NCBI RefSeq assembly: GCF_006345805.1
Contig: NC_043001.1
Location: 70,618,001 to 70,682,000 of the forward strand
Length of the DNA: 64,000 nt
From: Octopus sinensis
Taxonomy: Eukaryota
Reading direction: 5' to 3'
The notes beneath the pieces were generated by a model. That model ran no database searches. It had not been told where the DNA came from and worked only from the letters and a program-made list of their open reading frames with translations. Shown here one piece after another: positions 25,968 to 40,596 of the stretch (position 1 is its first letter; every line of letters begins with the position of its first letter). A program made the translations under genes and the position numbers.

Positions 25968-26575
25968 AGGTATACTTGCCATCTCAATATGGCTAACCAC
26001 TAAGGGAACATCGTCTCCAGCTGGCTTTAGGCACACTTTCTGTGCTCTTATGGTATTTGCAAAGGGAGATCATCCCTCTCTCGCAAACCTAAGTGATACG
26101 CACGGACTGCAGTTTCTTGGTATTGACCTGTTGTCGGCGTACGACAATCACCGGTTTTCGATGAAGGGATGTCCCAATGCAAAAAGTTTTATCGTTTTTC
26201 CAGTAACTTTTCGTCACTGATTTCGAAAAACTGTCTGCAAGCAATAATAAACCTCTGAACGAGGTATAGACAGTAACTGCACGACAATGAGAGATATACT
26301 TGCCATCTCAATATGGCTAACCACTAAGGGTGGGTGTTACTGTAGCTTGTAGCCCCGTGCGTATCATTTAGGTTGACGATGGAGGAATGACCTCCCATTA
26401 CAAATACCATAAGAGCACAGAAAGTGTGCCTAAAGCCAGCTGGAGACGATGTTCTACTGGGGCTACAAGCTACAGTAACACCCACTCTTAGTGGTTAGCC
26501 ATTTTGAGATGGCAAGTATACCTCACATTGTCGTACAGTTACTGTCTATACCTCGTTCAGAGGTTTATTATTGCT
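25968..26575. mobile_element. ORF-less copy of the A/B terminal-block family (see 3644-5815) in fold-back arrangement
   Basis: Minus arm 25968-26356 (B-end, A, link, B) joined divergently at 26356/26357 to a plus arm (B, then A start). Confidence 0.8.
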
Positions 26576-26656
26576 TTTATTTTGTGTAATACGTAAAATA
26601 CCTTATGTTTATATATATACAATACTACACACACACAGACACACACATATATATAT

Positions 26657-26726
<70 letters not shown>

Positions 26727-27449
26727 CATATGCACAAGCACGCACACTCATATTTGTATATAAAATACTGCAGACTGTAGTGTATATACATAAATATAAA
26801 TGCTCATATGCAAATATATAGATTTCCTCATCACTGAAGCAAAAACAAATACAGAAATGGCCATGTTTCATTCATGCTTAGATAGAAAATCGGTAACAAA
26901 TGTGTCCACTCTCTGGATGGCTAACCAATATGTAAATATATAAAATGTTAATGATGAAATAATAGCTGAGTGTGTAGAGAAATATTGAGATTATAAACGG
27001 GTAAATGAATATGAGTCACTGAAAGAATGAAAACAGCAACAGGTAACCTTTTATTACATACGCTTCACTGCCTTTATTAATAACTTTTCACTTTTTACTC
27101 CCGCCCTTTTACTTAGTTCATCGTCGTCATCATGATCAATACTACATTAATATAAACTCATAACAAAAGTATGAAAGGGAACAAGGAACAATAAGGAATC
27201 AGGTGTTTCTTCCAATGTTTTATACAGAAAAATGTTTTAATATACACATTTTTGAGTTTTGCGGTTAAAAGCGGTTTTTTGTAGTATAAGTAAAAGAGAA
27301 AGTGATATTTAACTATCATGGATCTGCTTTCTCTGATTTCTTCTTCAAAGTTTCGTGTAATATTTCCATATTCTTTCCATATTTAAAACCATGTGTGATT
27401 CTGTGATTAAGTAGACATGTCAAGTCTCATGATTTTCTTGGCATCCTAA

Positions 27450-27760
27450 TTGATTGTTTTCAAACAATTTCATCAGAACGACGTGATATGACACCATGTT
27501 TTCACATCATTTTCCAACTCAGGGCTGTTGTGTCTGTCATAGCTAATATTACTGGAACCTGAATATTTGTTTTTGACCATCTTACAGTCATCTAGGTTTA
27601 TGACCGGTCAATCTTGTTTATATTTTTAAATTAATCACTGCGTTGTGTTATTGGTATGTCCTCCATTATCAATCGCTTATGTTTGTAAAGGTTTTCTTTT
27701 ATTGAAATACTTTCCAATCTAGTTTAATTTTATTATCGTTTTGTTTACTTTCTCCATGTT
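27450..27760 (-). mobile_element. Possible highly degraded PLE 3' end
   Basis: Weak TGH...D..K and I....PEL traces followed by CTGATGA-aattgttt-GAAA. Confidence 0.3.
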
Positions 27761-28156
27761 GAAGACCGTCTCTCAGTAGCAGAGAGCGTCTCACTTCTAT
27801 GTAAGATATAAATTACTGCTTCAGGAAGTTTACAACTCTGAGATCAGCAATCGAACTTATAAATCAAGTGATCATTAATAAGATCCCGCTAGATTGAATG
27901 CTTGCTGTTTGTAATTGATAAGAGGATCTTTAATTTTACTTTGTAACTTGTATATTATCAGTATTATTTATGGTTTGGTGGCCACGTACTTTGCGTTATG
28001 TCTATATCAAGTTTAAATTACTGCATTTATTTCCTGTATAGTTACACAGTTTCAGATTCATACAATAAGATTTCAGTGGAAGTTTTGTTTTTATCATAGG
28101 TATAGTTACTAATATATCTATTGGGTTGTGTTTAGGATCAATTCGGTCGGCGGCTT

Positions 28157-28200
<44 letters not shown>

Positions 28201-28265
28201 CACATATACACATATATATATACATACATACATATATATATATATATGTATACATATATATATAC

Positions 28266-28305
<40 letters not shown>

Positions 28306-28666
28306 TCAGTGTGAATACTTGATAACAGTAAGTACCTGTATACGCCAGTTAGTGGTGTAGGTGATAGGGTATATTTATCAAAATAAAAACAGGATGCAAA
28401 GAATTTAGCGGTACATATGTATCTGGCTTTATTAGACAGTTTATATCAATGCATAATTGATGTAATATGTATGTCAATAGCCTTCTTCAGCCGCGCACAA
28501 TAACCACACCAAAGACATGTATTACATTATAAGTTTGGGAGGCAAATCCTCATAGTCGCATACAGCAGAGCGAGACACCAAAAACAAAAACAAAGCGTCC
28601 ATACCGCGTTTCACTCGATATATATACTATATATATATATACATGTATATATATATATATACACAC

Positions 28667-28699
<33 letters not shown>

Positions 28700-28715
28700 A
28701 TATACATATATATAT

Positions 28716-28754
<39 letters not shown>

Positions 28755-28792
28755 TATATATATATATACATATATATATATATACATATATA

Positions 28793-28837
<45 letters not shown>

Positions 28838-29397
28838 AGTTAGTGAATACATTATTGATTACGAATTGTTTTATTGTGTGTGAAAGAGTCCATAATAGTC
28901 TACAAAGTTGGATTGTGGTTTGAGGAACTTAAATGTACCATAATAATAATGAAATCACATACAATATGTAACAAAGACGTGAAAACTTAAAACAAATAGT
29001 CTCTTTACTAAAACATATATAAAGAAAATGGGATAGAATAGTTAGATAGATAAATATGTGTGTGTTTACGAGTGTGCATGTGTGTGTATGTGTGTGTATG
29101 TGTGTGTGTGTCTGTGTCCGTGTTTGCGTATGTGTCCGTTCTTTTCTACTTCTAAATATTTTAATACTTTCTGCAAGGAAGGAGCTGGTTTCCAATGGAG
29201 AAAGCAATCTCCATTGCTTGGATCCAAAGCAAAAGAAAGAAGAAATATATAAAATCAAATGTTGAAATTCAGAAAGGCTTTCTCACAATTGTCAGAGAAT
29301 ATTCTGAAAGCGAACAAAGGAAAACCTCTAATTACCGTCAGCATTCCCTTGTGAAAGCTATACAGATTTTATGTATAAACTCAAATACAAACAGCAC

Positions 29398-29441
<44 letters not shown>

Positions 29442-30123
29442 TGTGTGTGTGTATGTGTGTGTGTGTGTGTTTGTTTGTGTTTGTGTATGTGTTTGTTTGT
29501 GTGTGTGTGTACAAATGCATTAAGGTTAATATAATAAATTCTAGACAGGAGCAAGGTTTGAGATTCTTGCATATGAGGAAATTTACATTTACTCAATATA
29601 AGTAATAAACAACAGAATGTCTTGAAAAACTGGCTACATATGATTATCCAATCAAACCTTCATTTGAAGATAGTTTGCGTCTAAATTAACGATCAATGCA
29701 ACATCATACAACGGAGAGCCGATAACCGAAAATAAAATTTAAATAGTTAAATCAAAGGATATCAAAAGGAAAACCCTGAAGAAACTGCATTGGTATTTGA
29801 ATCTATAAATGCGGAGTAGATGAAACAGGGACAACTGATGAAGGGGAATGTTCTTTATGTTGCACGTCCCGTGTCTTTGTTAGTTTTTTTCGTTGTTCGA
29901 AAAAAAAAGTTCGTTTCTTATGTTTCTGTTTTTATGTTTTCGTTTCTCATTGTATTCAACGTTTTTTTGAAGTCCTGTACCCATACATGCATGTATATAT
30001 ACACATATATGCGTAGGTATGTACATATATGTATGTATATACGCATATATTTATATATTATATTATATATAAATATATATATTATTTATATTATATACAT
30101 ATATAAATACGTATATATATATA

Positions 30124-30165
<42 letters not shown>

Positions 30166-30230
30166 TATAGATAGATAGATAGATTGATAGATATAGATAG
30201 ATAGATAGATAGATAGATAGATTGATAGAT

Positions 30231-30269
<39 letters not shown>

Positions 30270-30421
30270 TATAAAGGAATTAAGGTAATGCTATGCTATT
30301 TAGTAATAATCATTATTTTTATTATCACTGTTATATATATGCATACATGAAAGGCATGCATATTTAAATACATATGTACCCAATTTAGATATATATTTAC
30401 ATATATGCTGATACATGTGTG

Positions 30422-30452
<31 letters not shown>

Positions 30453-30738
30453 AAAATATAATTAAGATTCAGTCGAATTAGACATTTGAATTGAGGTACC
30501 CTGCTATTTCGGTATAATCAGCACCCAAAACAATATTATTTGAATACTGAATATCAAGACTCATTGTAGTGATATTTGTACCCGATATTCTTGTCCTCTG
30601 CGCAGACAACGCAACCCAGCTAAGTGAAGTTACCCGCTCTTGGTAATTCAGACATGTACTTTATGTCAAGGCATTTTCTGTAGTATTTCCGAAGTGCAGA
30701 TTCAAAGTTAGGCGAAAGAAAATGCATAAATAGCAAAA

Positions 30739-31027
30739 TGTACACATGTCAGTTCCTTACGACCATTTCAAGCGGTTCCATTTAATTGGTTAATTAAAAC
30801 ATTACATCAATTTGAAAGAAACCGTTCTCGTCAGATGACCCCATAGACTTCAAATATAAAAGATAAACCATTTTTTGACAAATTTACATCGGTAATGGTT
30901 TATCCTTTATGTTTGAAGTATATGTGGTCATCTGATGAGAACGGTTTCTTTCAAAGTGATGTAATGTCATCATTAATCAATAAAAGGGAGCCGCTTGAAA
31001 CGGCTGTAATGACTTGAGAGAGGTACA
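30739..31027. repeat. Long imperfect inverted repeat (fold-back/MITE-like)
   Basis: Core arms 30799-30872 and 30894-30967 (about 6 mismatches in 74 bp) plus outer tttcaagcgg/ccgcttgaaa arms. Confidence 0.8.
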
Positions 31028-31049
31028 TCTTTGTTACTTATCTGTATGG

Positions 31050-31170
<121 letters not shown>

Positions 31171-31625
31171 ATATTTGCCTTATGCTAATCATTAGAGTGC
31201 AATAATTCTGTAGCACATCCTTGAAGGGATTTGTCTAAGAAATCGATACAGTACATATTTCACTGGCTGGTAACTTCTATCGAATGTTCCCGAATCGCTA
31301 AATTGTGTGAACGTACATAGGCCAATACCGGTTGCTAAACGGTGTTAATAGATCAGTAGAATGACATTATATATATATAATGGATTATGTGGAATATACG
31401 ACCATTAATCAGAATATTGAGGAGTCAGTACCAAATGTACAAGTGCCTGGAAATATTGATAATTAATTTAGGATTTTTAAAGTTGCATGGAACTAAAAAT
31501 CCTTATATATAAAGTTTAGTATTAGCATAATCGGGAGAGAACGGCTCAGTAGTCGGAGCGTACATGGCTTTGTTAATATATGTGTGTGTGTGTGTATGTG
31601 TTTGTGTGTATGTATATATATATAT

Positions 31626-31760
31626 ACAACGGGTTTCTTTTAGTTTCCTTCTAGTACATCCATTTGTAATGCTATAGTCTACCCGAGGCTGTAGAGGGCA
31701 TCAATCCAAAGTGTGACTCAGTGGGACGGAAACCAAATCATTATGGCTGGGAAAGATAAG
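31626..31760 (-). mobile_element. Degenerate SINE family A 5' half
   Basis: tttctt..agtttcc.tcta...ccgaggct.tag...cagtgggac blocks. Confidence 0.55.
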
Positions 31761-31784
31761 TATACATACATAAATACATATATA

Positions 31785-31828
<44 letters not shown>

Positions 31829-32029
31829 CAGTCGCCATTATAGATCGTTAGCCACTACACACATTTTTGCTCTCCTTGTTTCTCTCCTTGTTTTTTCTGT
31901 GTCCCTTTCTGTAGAAGAGCGTAGCCTCGAAACGTAAAAGACGTTTTCTATTCCTGAGCGCTATACTAATACATCTGTTTTTTTTTTGTACACCACCTGT
32001 CTTCGTCTTTTGCTTTTTTCGTAAACTCT

Positions 32030-32076
<47 letters not shown>

Positions 32077-32174
32077 TATGTATATCTGTATACATTGTAA
32101 ATACATATATGCATACATAATTATATCTATATATATATGTGTTGTGTGTGTGTGTGTATGTATGTATGTATATA

Positions 32175-32222
<48 letters not shown>

Positions 32223-32231
32223 GTATGTATG

Positions 32232-32273
<42 letters not shown>

Positions 32274-33249
32274 ATATATATATACGTATATACATATATA
32301 TACATATATAGATACATACATAAACACATATATATATTCATAATTTATTAATATTTCGGATTCTCAATGGTAAATTTGTTAAATAAATATGAGTCAAAAA
32401 TACAATAGCATCATATATCATGTAAAATAATTATACGTTACTAATGTATCGCTCTTGTTGCACGCTCTTTTGTATATTACTATTAGATATTCGTTAAAGA
32501 ACTATAATTTGATTCTTCAACTATATGAAATAACACTCTTCCGGGAAAACGCCAGACACCAATCACTTTACAAAAATTCATTAAGTAAAAATTTAAATAT
32601 ATTACAAGTCATCGAAGTTTTACAAAGGAAGGCGTGATTGTCAGACAGGAGATAAATCTCTCCAGGAAATATGGGTATACGTTTAGGTAATGGGAGTCTA
32701 ACGTATGTTAGTTTATGAGGTCGTGCCTCTCACGCACGCTATATATTATTAATGTGCAATTCCAACGATACATCTTCAATATATTTAGAGATATAATGAC
32801 CTATCTATTCCATAGTGTATTGAAATTAATGAAAATTTCTTGTGAAGTTCGTAAGGACTTTGAAAAATTAATCAGTTGTTAACATATATAATGTAAAAAG
32901 AATATTTGGATGAAATTATCATTGTTATTTATGAATCGAGAAAAAATGGAGGCAATTTTGTCTGAATTAATCTGAACAAAGAAACGGATCATAAGCCTGA
33001 AGTATATTTAACACGAACACTCTTTACAAAAATTGGACCAGAGTCTATCTCCAGTAAATGATACAACTGGAAGGCGCCTGCAACTGTAGCTATCCAACCA
33101 CTATTAGCATAACAAGCAGTGTGTATTAGACTGGCATAGGAACGGTAAATGAATTTCGGTGGAGGTCAAATTTGTATCAGTGACAAACCTAGAGATAATT
33201 ATAAGTCATATTATGTGAAACATACGCTAATTTAAAAAAAAGACTCCGC

Positions 33250-33562
33250 CGGTTACGACGACGAGGGTCCCAGCTGATACGATCAACGGAACAGCTTGCT
33301 CGTGAAATGAACGTGCAAATGGCTGAGCATTCCACAGACACGTGTACCCTTAACGTAGTTCTCGGGGATAATCAGCGTGACACAGAGAGTGACAAGGCTG
33401 ACCCATTGAAATACAAGTACAACTCATTTTTGCCAGCTGAGTGGACTGGAGCAACGTGAAATAAAGTGTCTTGCTCAAGGACACAACGCGTCGCCGGGAA
33501 TCGAACTCACAACCTTACGATCATGAGCCGAATGCCCTAACCACTAAGCCACGCGCCCTCAC
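33250..33562 (-). mobile_element. tRNA-derived SINE family C with A/B boxes and central gtgtccttgagcaagacactt domain
   Basis: Minus strand: gggcgcgTGGCTTAGTGGttagggc...gaGTTCGATTCCcggc...gtgtccttgagcaagacacttta. Confidence 0.85.
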
Positions 33563-34665
33563 GCTAATTATACTCTAATATAATAGACACCTATATGTTA
33601 TTATCCCACTCATGGTTCACAATGTGTGACGCTGACTCAACCCAAGAATTAGATTCAGTCTAAGAATTTGATTAAGAGAAGTGGCTTCTCTCACTCAGTG
33701 TCTTACATATAATGTGTCGTTTGATATTGTAATATCAAACAGTGTGTCTGTAGTTGAGCTGATTGATTACTTAGAGTAAAGATACGTCGAAACCGACTGT
33801 GAATCCTTTTACTCTGACTGACATCTTGGAAATACTTTAATACAAACTTCTTATTTAATTAATGATAGAACATACGGCTATTATACATACGTACACACAC
33901 ACATATATAAACATATACATACATATACTTATATGTATATAAGTATTTATGTATGTGTGTATGTTTGTGTGTATGTATGCATGCATACATCAGTCTATGT
34001 ATCTATGTATGGTTTCATCACTAGGGTCTGACAGATCGTGTCTGTAGAGTACATATGGATATTTTTATAAATATCAAAGGGACAGTGTATTTCTCTCTTA
34101 TAATGAAATTCATTCAACATCAGCAACATGTTATTGAAGTGTGAGAAACACACTATAAATTACCGACTTTTCGTTATTGCTGCAATTTATAATCATATTG
34201 AGAATTGCAATTATTTTTATTATTAGATCCAGAAATATATTGAAAAGTTGACATAATGTACAGAAAAATGCACTTATACTGTAAGTAGTTTAGATGAAAG
34301 TATAACTAGAGTGGGGAATATCTACTTATGATACTTCAAAGCTATTCACTTTCGCTTTTTTCCAAATGGCAATCTTATAAGTACCTTATCAAATCCGTCA
34401 AATATAGATTATGTTAAGTTATATAATTATAATGTAGCAAGAAGTAGAGTGATTGTATTGTTTTAAAATACAGAAAAATTTTAGTTTATATTACGGTGTA
34501 ATTTAATATAAACAATTGTGTTGAATTGTATACCTGTATACGGGTGGGGAGAAAAACTATATAGCATCTAGCTCTCGAAGGCATATGGCCAAAGTGGGAA
34601 TTGATGCTGCCTTCCTTTCCATTCAGACTATGATTAGAAGAGATTCAAAACAATCCACGTGTATA

Positions 34666-34708
<43 letters not shown>

Positions 34709-34865
34709 AAACAAAGTTATTTTATTCCACACGGGTAGATATATAGGAAAAATAGAAGTTGAAAATGCACTTAGGATAGTTAGAATATTTTCTATTATAT
34801 TTAAAGATTTAACCAGTTTCCCAGTTTACACAGATTTTCAAAATGTTGAATTAGAATGACGTGGC

Positions 34866-36330
34866 TTTTATACAACTTGAAGAATTCTAATAATATATTA
34901 AATTAATATAAACGTTTCAAATTTACTGGCAAATTTAGTTTAAAACCGTATCATCATAATTTTATTTAAAGCTTAAGATTGTAGCAAAAATGAGCAACAA
35001 CAACGAAATACATATTAGTACTTTGTGCCGTAGACTTTATTCTTAATAACGGCTGAACAACGCCTCGGCATTCAATTCGCTAAGTAATTATATAATTCTA
35101 TGGAAATGTTTTGCCATATTTCATTGTTATAATCGAATAACTATTTTAACTGTTTTTTTTAACATGGATTTTTTGGGAAACATAATTCCACAAGTTCTCG
35201 ATCGGATTCAGGTCCGGGCTCCGGGGAGGCCATTCGATTACGTCAATATTATGGTGATCAAATGATTCCTTAACCTTTTTGGCTTTGTGCACAGGAATAT
35301 TGTCCTGCTGATAAATAGTCCCCGGAGGTATTTGATGAGTCAAATATGGCACAACATAGTAGATTCATATAACCTACATTATTTAGCTTTCCATCGACTT
35401 TAACTAGAGTACCAACACCAAAGCTACTAAATGCCCCTCTCCCCCCCCCCCCCGCTTGCACCATCATTTTCATGCATTTCAGATAGAATTCTTTGGATGG
35501 GCGACGTCTGACGTATGTTTTGCTATCTGATCCAAATATAAAGAAGCGTGACTCGTCACTCCAAAGGACTCTTCACCAATCTTCAGCAATCCATTGAGCA
35601 TAGCTTTTTGCGAAATTAATGCGTTTGAATCGATTTCTTTTGGATATTATTTGCTTTTTCCTGGCGATTCATTCATGTAGTCCAAATTCTCTCAAACGGT
35701 TGCGGACGGTTTGTGGTGTAAAAATAACACCATTTTCGTTGGACAATTGATTACAAATGTTAAAAGTTGTCAGCATTCGGTTGCCTTCCGAAAGTCGGTG
35801 GATTCGATGGTCCAACTGCGCCGTCGTTTTTCTTGGGGCACCAGTCCTTTGCCGATCTTTATATTGACCAGTCCCCGATTATAACTTCCACGCTTGTACG
35901 CAAGCCGTTTTACTGCACTTTAGTTGCTTGCTGATGTTCGAAAAGAAAACTTTTTGCTGGTGGAGTAACACCATGACTTGACTGAGGCAACGTTGTTTTC
36001 CTATTATTAATCAATTGTATAGTAACGTTAAATTATAACACTATATAGTGCAGCTAGACTAGTTGTGTGACAACCCATTTTGGCAAAAGAATTTGCACCC
36101 ATATTACATGATCTTAGGCTAATTTTGCCGGTAAATTTGAAACGTTTACATTAATTTAGCATTAGATTTCCTCAAGTTGTATAAAGATAGTTATTGTCTT
36201 CATCATTCGAAAGAGAAATAAATTCTGCATAAAGTGTAACAGATAAAAATAATTTGTATGGTGTTAGTAACAAAATATTTTGTGAGAAATAGAACTTTTA
36301 TCATTGGTCTAAAATTCATTTTCGCCAGTG
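34866..36330 (-). mobile_element. Degraded Tc1-like (DD34E) DNA transposon
   Basis: VLWSDESRF, GGGG..GAFS..GVG.L..VDG, QQDN.PVH and WPPRSPDLNPIENLW motifs; inverted-repeat remnants ~34866-34950 vs ~36110-36190; terminal CAGTG|TA at 36326-36332. Confidence 0.88.
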
Positions 36331-36848
36331 TATATAGTAATTCATATAGCACCGTCTTGGAAAATGAAGAACACACCATAAAGAATACTTAGAAAAGCAG
36401 GTAATTACAGCTGAAATACCTATTAGACTACGTCTGCACCATCGAGTCTGTTCTGAGTTTAAATAACGTCTCTGACATCTCTACTCTGCCAAGACAACAA
36501 ATGCAGACGATATTTCCTTCATTAACCATAAAACGTTTCCTATTTCTTTCTATGCATCGAACACGCGCTACTATACCCCATTTACCAACATATTTCTGTA
36601 TCTATATAATCAACAAAATTAAGCGTCGTCGTAGTTGCTCACGGAAATGAACGACAATTCTTCTTGTGTTATGCTCTGTGTTGTCAGAGCTTTCATGTCA
36701 ATTGTAACGAAACAATTTGGCAACCATTCAATACTTTGTCGACAAGATGTGAAAATATTTGTTTAACTGTATAATGTTAGTGTGTGGTTATGTTACATGT
36801 GGTAATTCTCAGTGATAGAAAACTTTTTGAAATATTAATGTTTTCAGT

Positions 36849-37100
36849 GCGACGTAGATGAGTTCAATATTTTATTTTCAGCGACTCCGTGCCATAGGGT
36901 CTTCCGGCAAATTTCAAATTCCTGTTCAATGGCAGGTAAGAGTCAAAGTAGTAAGAGACTGACTTGGGAAAGTGAATAACATATATGTACAGGGTGTTCG
37001 GGCAAGGAGGTAATAATTCACTCAAAGTAACCGCCCTCAGCTTCCAGTACGTTGTCAAACAACTCGATTTTGACCACCATCCGCTCTTTCTATTTCCAGA
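36849..37100 (-). mobile_element. maT/DD37D-type transposon end plus ~140-bp flank, duplicated at 38690-38930
   Basis: TA|CAGGGTGTTCGGGCAA at 36990 and 38829; flank outside the TIR is also shared. Confidence 0.7.
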
Positions 37101-37520
37101 TGTTGTAAGCTGAATTGATATCAATCTCCTATCTAAGGTCTTGAGAGAAAAATCAATATTGCCAATATCTATATTCATTTTCTTATTCAAAAGGAAGTAC
37201 TATGTTATTGTTGAAATATTTTTGGGGCCTTAAAGAGAAAAAAGGATAAATGTACAGCTCAGTTACTGGAAACGCTTACTAAAATACGAATGGATCTAAC
37301 AGAATACAAACTCCGCCTAGCAGAGAAGTATAAAATTCTAACGAACGATATTATACATTTGAGTGCGATGCCGGTGCGAATTATAAGATTTTGATACGAG
37401 AATCGATATATTTTGAGAAGGCTCGAACTTTAAATAGGTTTGATATATTTTATTATTCTTGCATTCTCTATGACCCATCTCCTTTATCTCTGATTACACA
37501 CATGTATATATATGCATATG

Positions 37521-37555
<35 letters not shown>

Positions 37556-37799
37556 ATACATACACACACACATATATGTATGTATATATATATATATATA
37601 CACATACACATAGATACATATAACTTATAAATAAGGAGAAAAGAACAAAAATTCCTATGCCAAATATGCCGAGAAATAGACTTTAAATCGTCAATAACCA
37701 CATATATTTCATCACTAAAAACACGTGCCTTGAAGCAAGCTGACAGAAATTTCTAAGAAAATTCCGTTGAGACTGATACCTATATATATATTATATATA

Positions 37800-37884
<85 letters not shown>

Positions 37885-38026
37885 TATATATACATACATA
37901 CATATACATACCCACACACACATGTATATATATACATATACATACATGCATGCATACACACACGCACACACATACACATACATGTATATAACGCGATAGA
38001 TTCAGTGGAAACAAAAAATAATTTAC

Positions 38027-38137
38027 GCCACTCAAAAATAACATTTCCATTTGCTTCAATGATCCTTTGAAAGCTGCGTCAGTATTATTCTCCACTTCTG
38101 CAACTCTGTACCACTCCAAATCCCTTGGATTTTGCTT
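38027..38137 (-). CDS. Candidate host-gene exon (111 nt, phase 0/0): KQNPRDLEWYRVAEVENNTDAAFKGSLKQMEMLFLSG
   Basis: ttttaaattcttttAG acceptor, GC|GTAAAT donor, open frame, phase-compatible with the 39433-39475 exon. Confidence 0.45.
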
Positions 38138-38420
38138 CTAAAAGAATTTAAAATAATTGACTATTTCACTTTTCACTTTCTTTAGCTTGTTTTGCTCATC
38201 TTATGTTTGAACAATTTTTGTTATGTTTGTTTTTCTACTAGTGACTGGGAAATTATTGTTATGGCTAATAAAGAGCTAGTCTATCTATAATCGGTTAGTT
38301 ACATTAACAACGGAAGTCGCGAAAAATCTAAGAAATTACTGGGTGTAAATATATATTTAAATCTGTATTTGCATTTGCTTTGAATACACAAATATTCTCA
38401 GACACACTCCTACAATTATA

Positions 38421-38492
<72 letters not shown>

Positions 38493-38514
38493 ATTTAAAT
38501 ATTTATATAATTAA

Positions 38515-38613
<99 letters not shown>

Positions 38614-38828
38614 ATATATAAGTACGTGTGCGTGCCTGTGTGTGTATGTATCTGTTTAGCATTAACTGTTGGGACAAAGTGTACTCGATAACGTAGATGA
38701 GATCAATATTTTATTTTCAGCGAATCCGTGCCATAGGGTCTTCCGGCAAATTTCAAATTCCTGTTAAATGACAGGTGAGAGTCAATGTAGTAAGAGACTG
38801 ACTTGGGTAAGTGAATAATATATATATA

Positions 38829-39305
38829 CAGGGTGTTCGGGCAAAGAGGTAATAATTCACTCAAAGTAACCGCCCTCAGCTTCCAGTACGTTGTCGAACA
38901 ACTTCTCGATTTTGGCCACCATATTGTCCTTGATGTTGTAGGTAAAGCGGTTGGTGTGTTTATCAACCGTTTCCCACACGTTATAATCCATGGGATCGCA
39001 CTCATGGGAATTAGTAAGCCAGATTTTGGAGTTGATGAAGCTGGAAAAATTCTCTAGCAACCACATTTGACTCTTTCCGGAGGCATGGCAAGGAACCGAA
39101 TCGCGGTATTACTCATTTCCAGCAACAACTCCCTCCAACTAGAGATTGGCCACAAACTTGAGATATGCATCTTCATTGAGCCTAAATTGTTGTTGAATAT
39201 TGTGGGGTCGAATATCTGCGTGTAGACGCAATCAAAAACCTTGCAGCGTTCCATCATTGTGGCCACGGTTACGTTGTTTTCGTTGCGGCAATCCACATCA
39301 CATCA
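38829..39305 (-). mobile_element. maT/DD37D (Tc1/mariner superfamily) transposase remnant
   Basis: DSVPCHAS.KSQMWLLENF...W..NS.ECDPMDYNVWE.V...EAEGGYFE* followed by the TIR. Confidence 0.75.
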
Positions 39306-39432
39306 TGCAGTATTCACAGAGCACTGAAAAGATATCGGCATATTGATACTTTCACGAATTAATAAGATACACGTATCTCTTTACCAACTACAGCTTAAAT
39401 CGTTATGCTCTCCAATGCCATTGACTGCTCAC

Positions 39433-39475
39433 CAACTCAACAAACTCTTTTTCAAAAAGATGGTGTTTAAAAAAA
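39433..39475 (-). CDS. Candidate host-gene exon (43 nt, phase 2/0): (S)FFKHHLFEKEFVEL
   Basis: ttgtctcctgtgttattgacAG acceptor, TTG|GTGAGC donor. Confidence 0.45.
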
Positions 39476-40115
39476 CTGTCAATAACACAGGAGACAAGGC
39501 AGCAAATATCAAACTCTGCATTACCGAAAAACTAAATATGATAATATCAGCTGTGCTCGTTTTAATAATTGTGGTGAAAATCTTTCCACCCTGCATGCAC
39601 ATGAAATAGTTCGTACTTCGATGTTTCAAGCAAGGCCTTCTAACCATTTCTACATATCTCGAACTTCGGTAAGTTCCACTCTGAACACCAATAATACGCA
39701 GCACATGAACATTATGCATAAATGTCACTTGCACCTCCTGAACTTATGCTGGATTCTTCATTATAAAGATACATGTGCAATTGCACATATTCGTGACATT
39801 ACGTGATTCACACAAAGAGATAACATATATATACACAAACGTACGAAGCTACAAGCCCATGCATTTATAAATTTACAATCCCGTGGACAAATTTGGACGT
39901 AAAGGTCTGTGAAAATCCACAATTGTATGCAATCTGGTTTCTGTTTTCTTTCTCATTTTCCGGTTTTTCAATCTTTCATCTTTTATATCGTATTCTTTTT
40001 CGTCTGTTATCTCTCATCCTATCTTCCTATTTTAGCTTGTTATACCATGCTAGCAGTACCTGAAGATTGTACTGAGACACCAGACCTGTTAAAAATATGC
40101 AAGTATATATATATA

Positions 40116-40155
<40 letters not shown>

Positions 40156-40157
<2 letters not shown>

Positions 40158-40372
40158 TCAAAATGTGACCGCGTGTGTACCGTTGGCGATTTTTTCCCCT
40201 CCGTCTTCCCTTATCTGGATCTTTCCTTTTCCTATGTTTCTGACGAAGAGCTCCGCTCGAAACGTAAACCCCTCCTTCTTCCCTTCCTTCCTGAGCGTCC
40301 AACAATACTATATTTGTTCCATGTCCTCACGTTGTTGTGTTTTCTGTTTGTGTTTTCATGTTTGGATTAACT
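40156..40372 (+). mobile_element. ~210-bp (TA)n-flanked element with minimal hammerhead motif at 40236-40269
   Basis: GTTT-CTGACGA-A-GAGC(TCC)GCTC-GAAACGT-AAAC; sister copies at 43498-43706 (-) and 5913-6121 (-). Confidence 0.7.
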
Positions 40373-40395
40373 TTATATATATAATATATAATATA

Positions 40396-40446
<51 letters not shown>

Positions 40447-40596
40447 ATTAAGGACTGAACACGAAAAGTGGACAGTCAACATGCTAGATATAGACGTCAA
40501 ATCGCCATTCACCACAAAAGATTATGTTCTCAGATCAAACTCAACACAAAACCATAGCAATAAACAAGTGAAAAATATACGAAATAAAATAATTAC

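Noticed and set aside
26295-26330. GCCAT-loop-ATGGC-TAA resembling the P4/J4-2 part of an HDV-like ribozyme in block B
   Set aside because: Upstream P1/P3/P1.1 elements (including the GG) could not be assigned.
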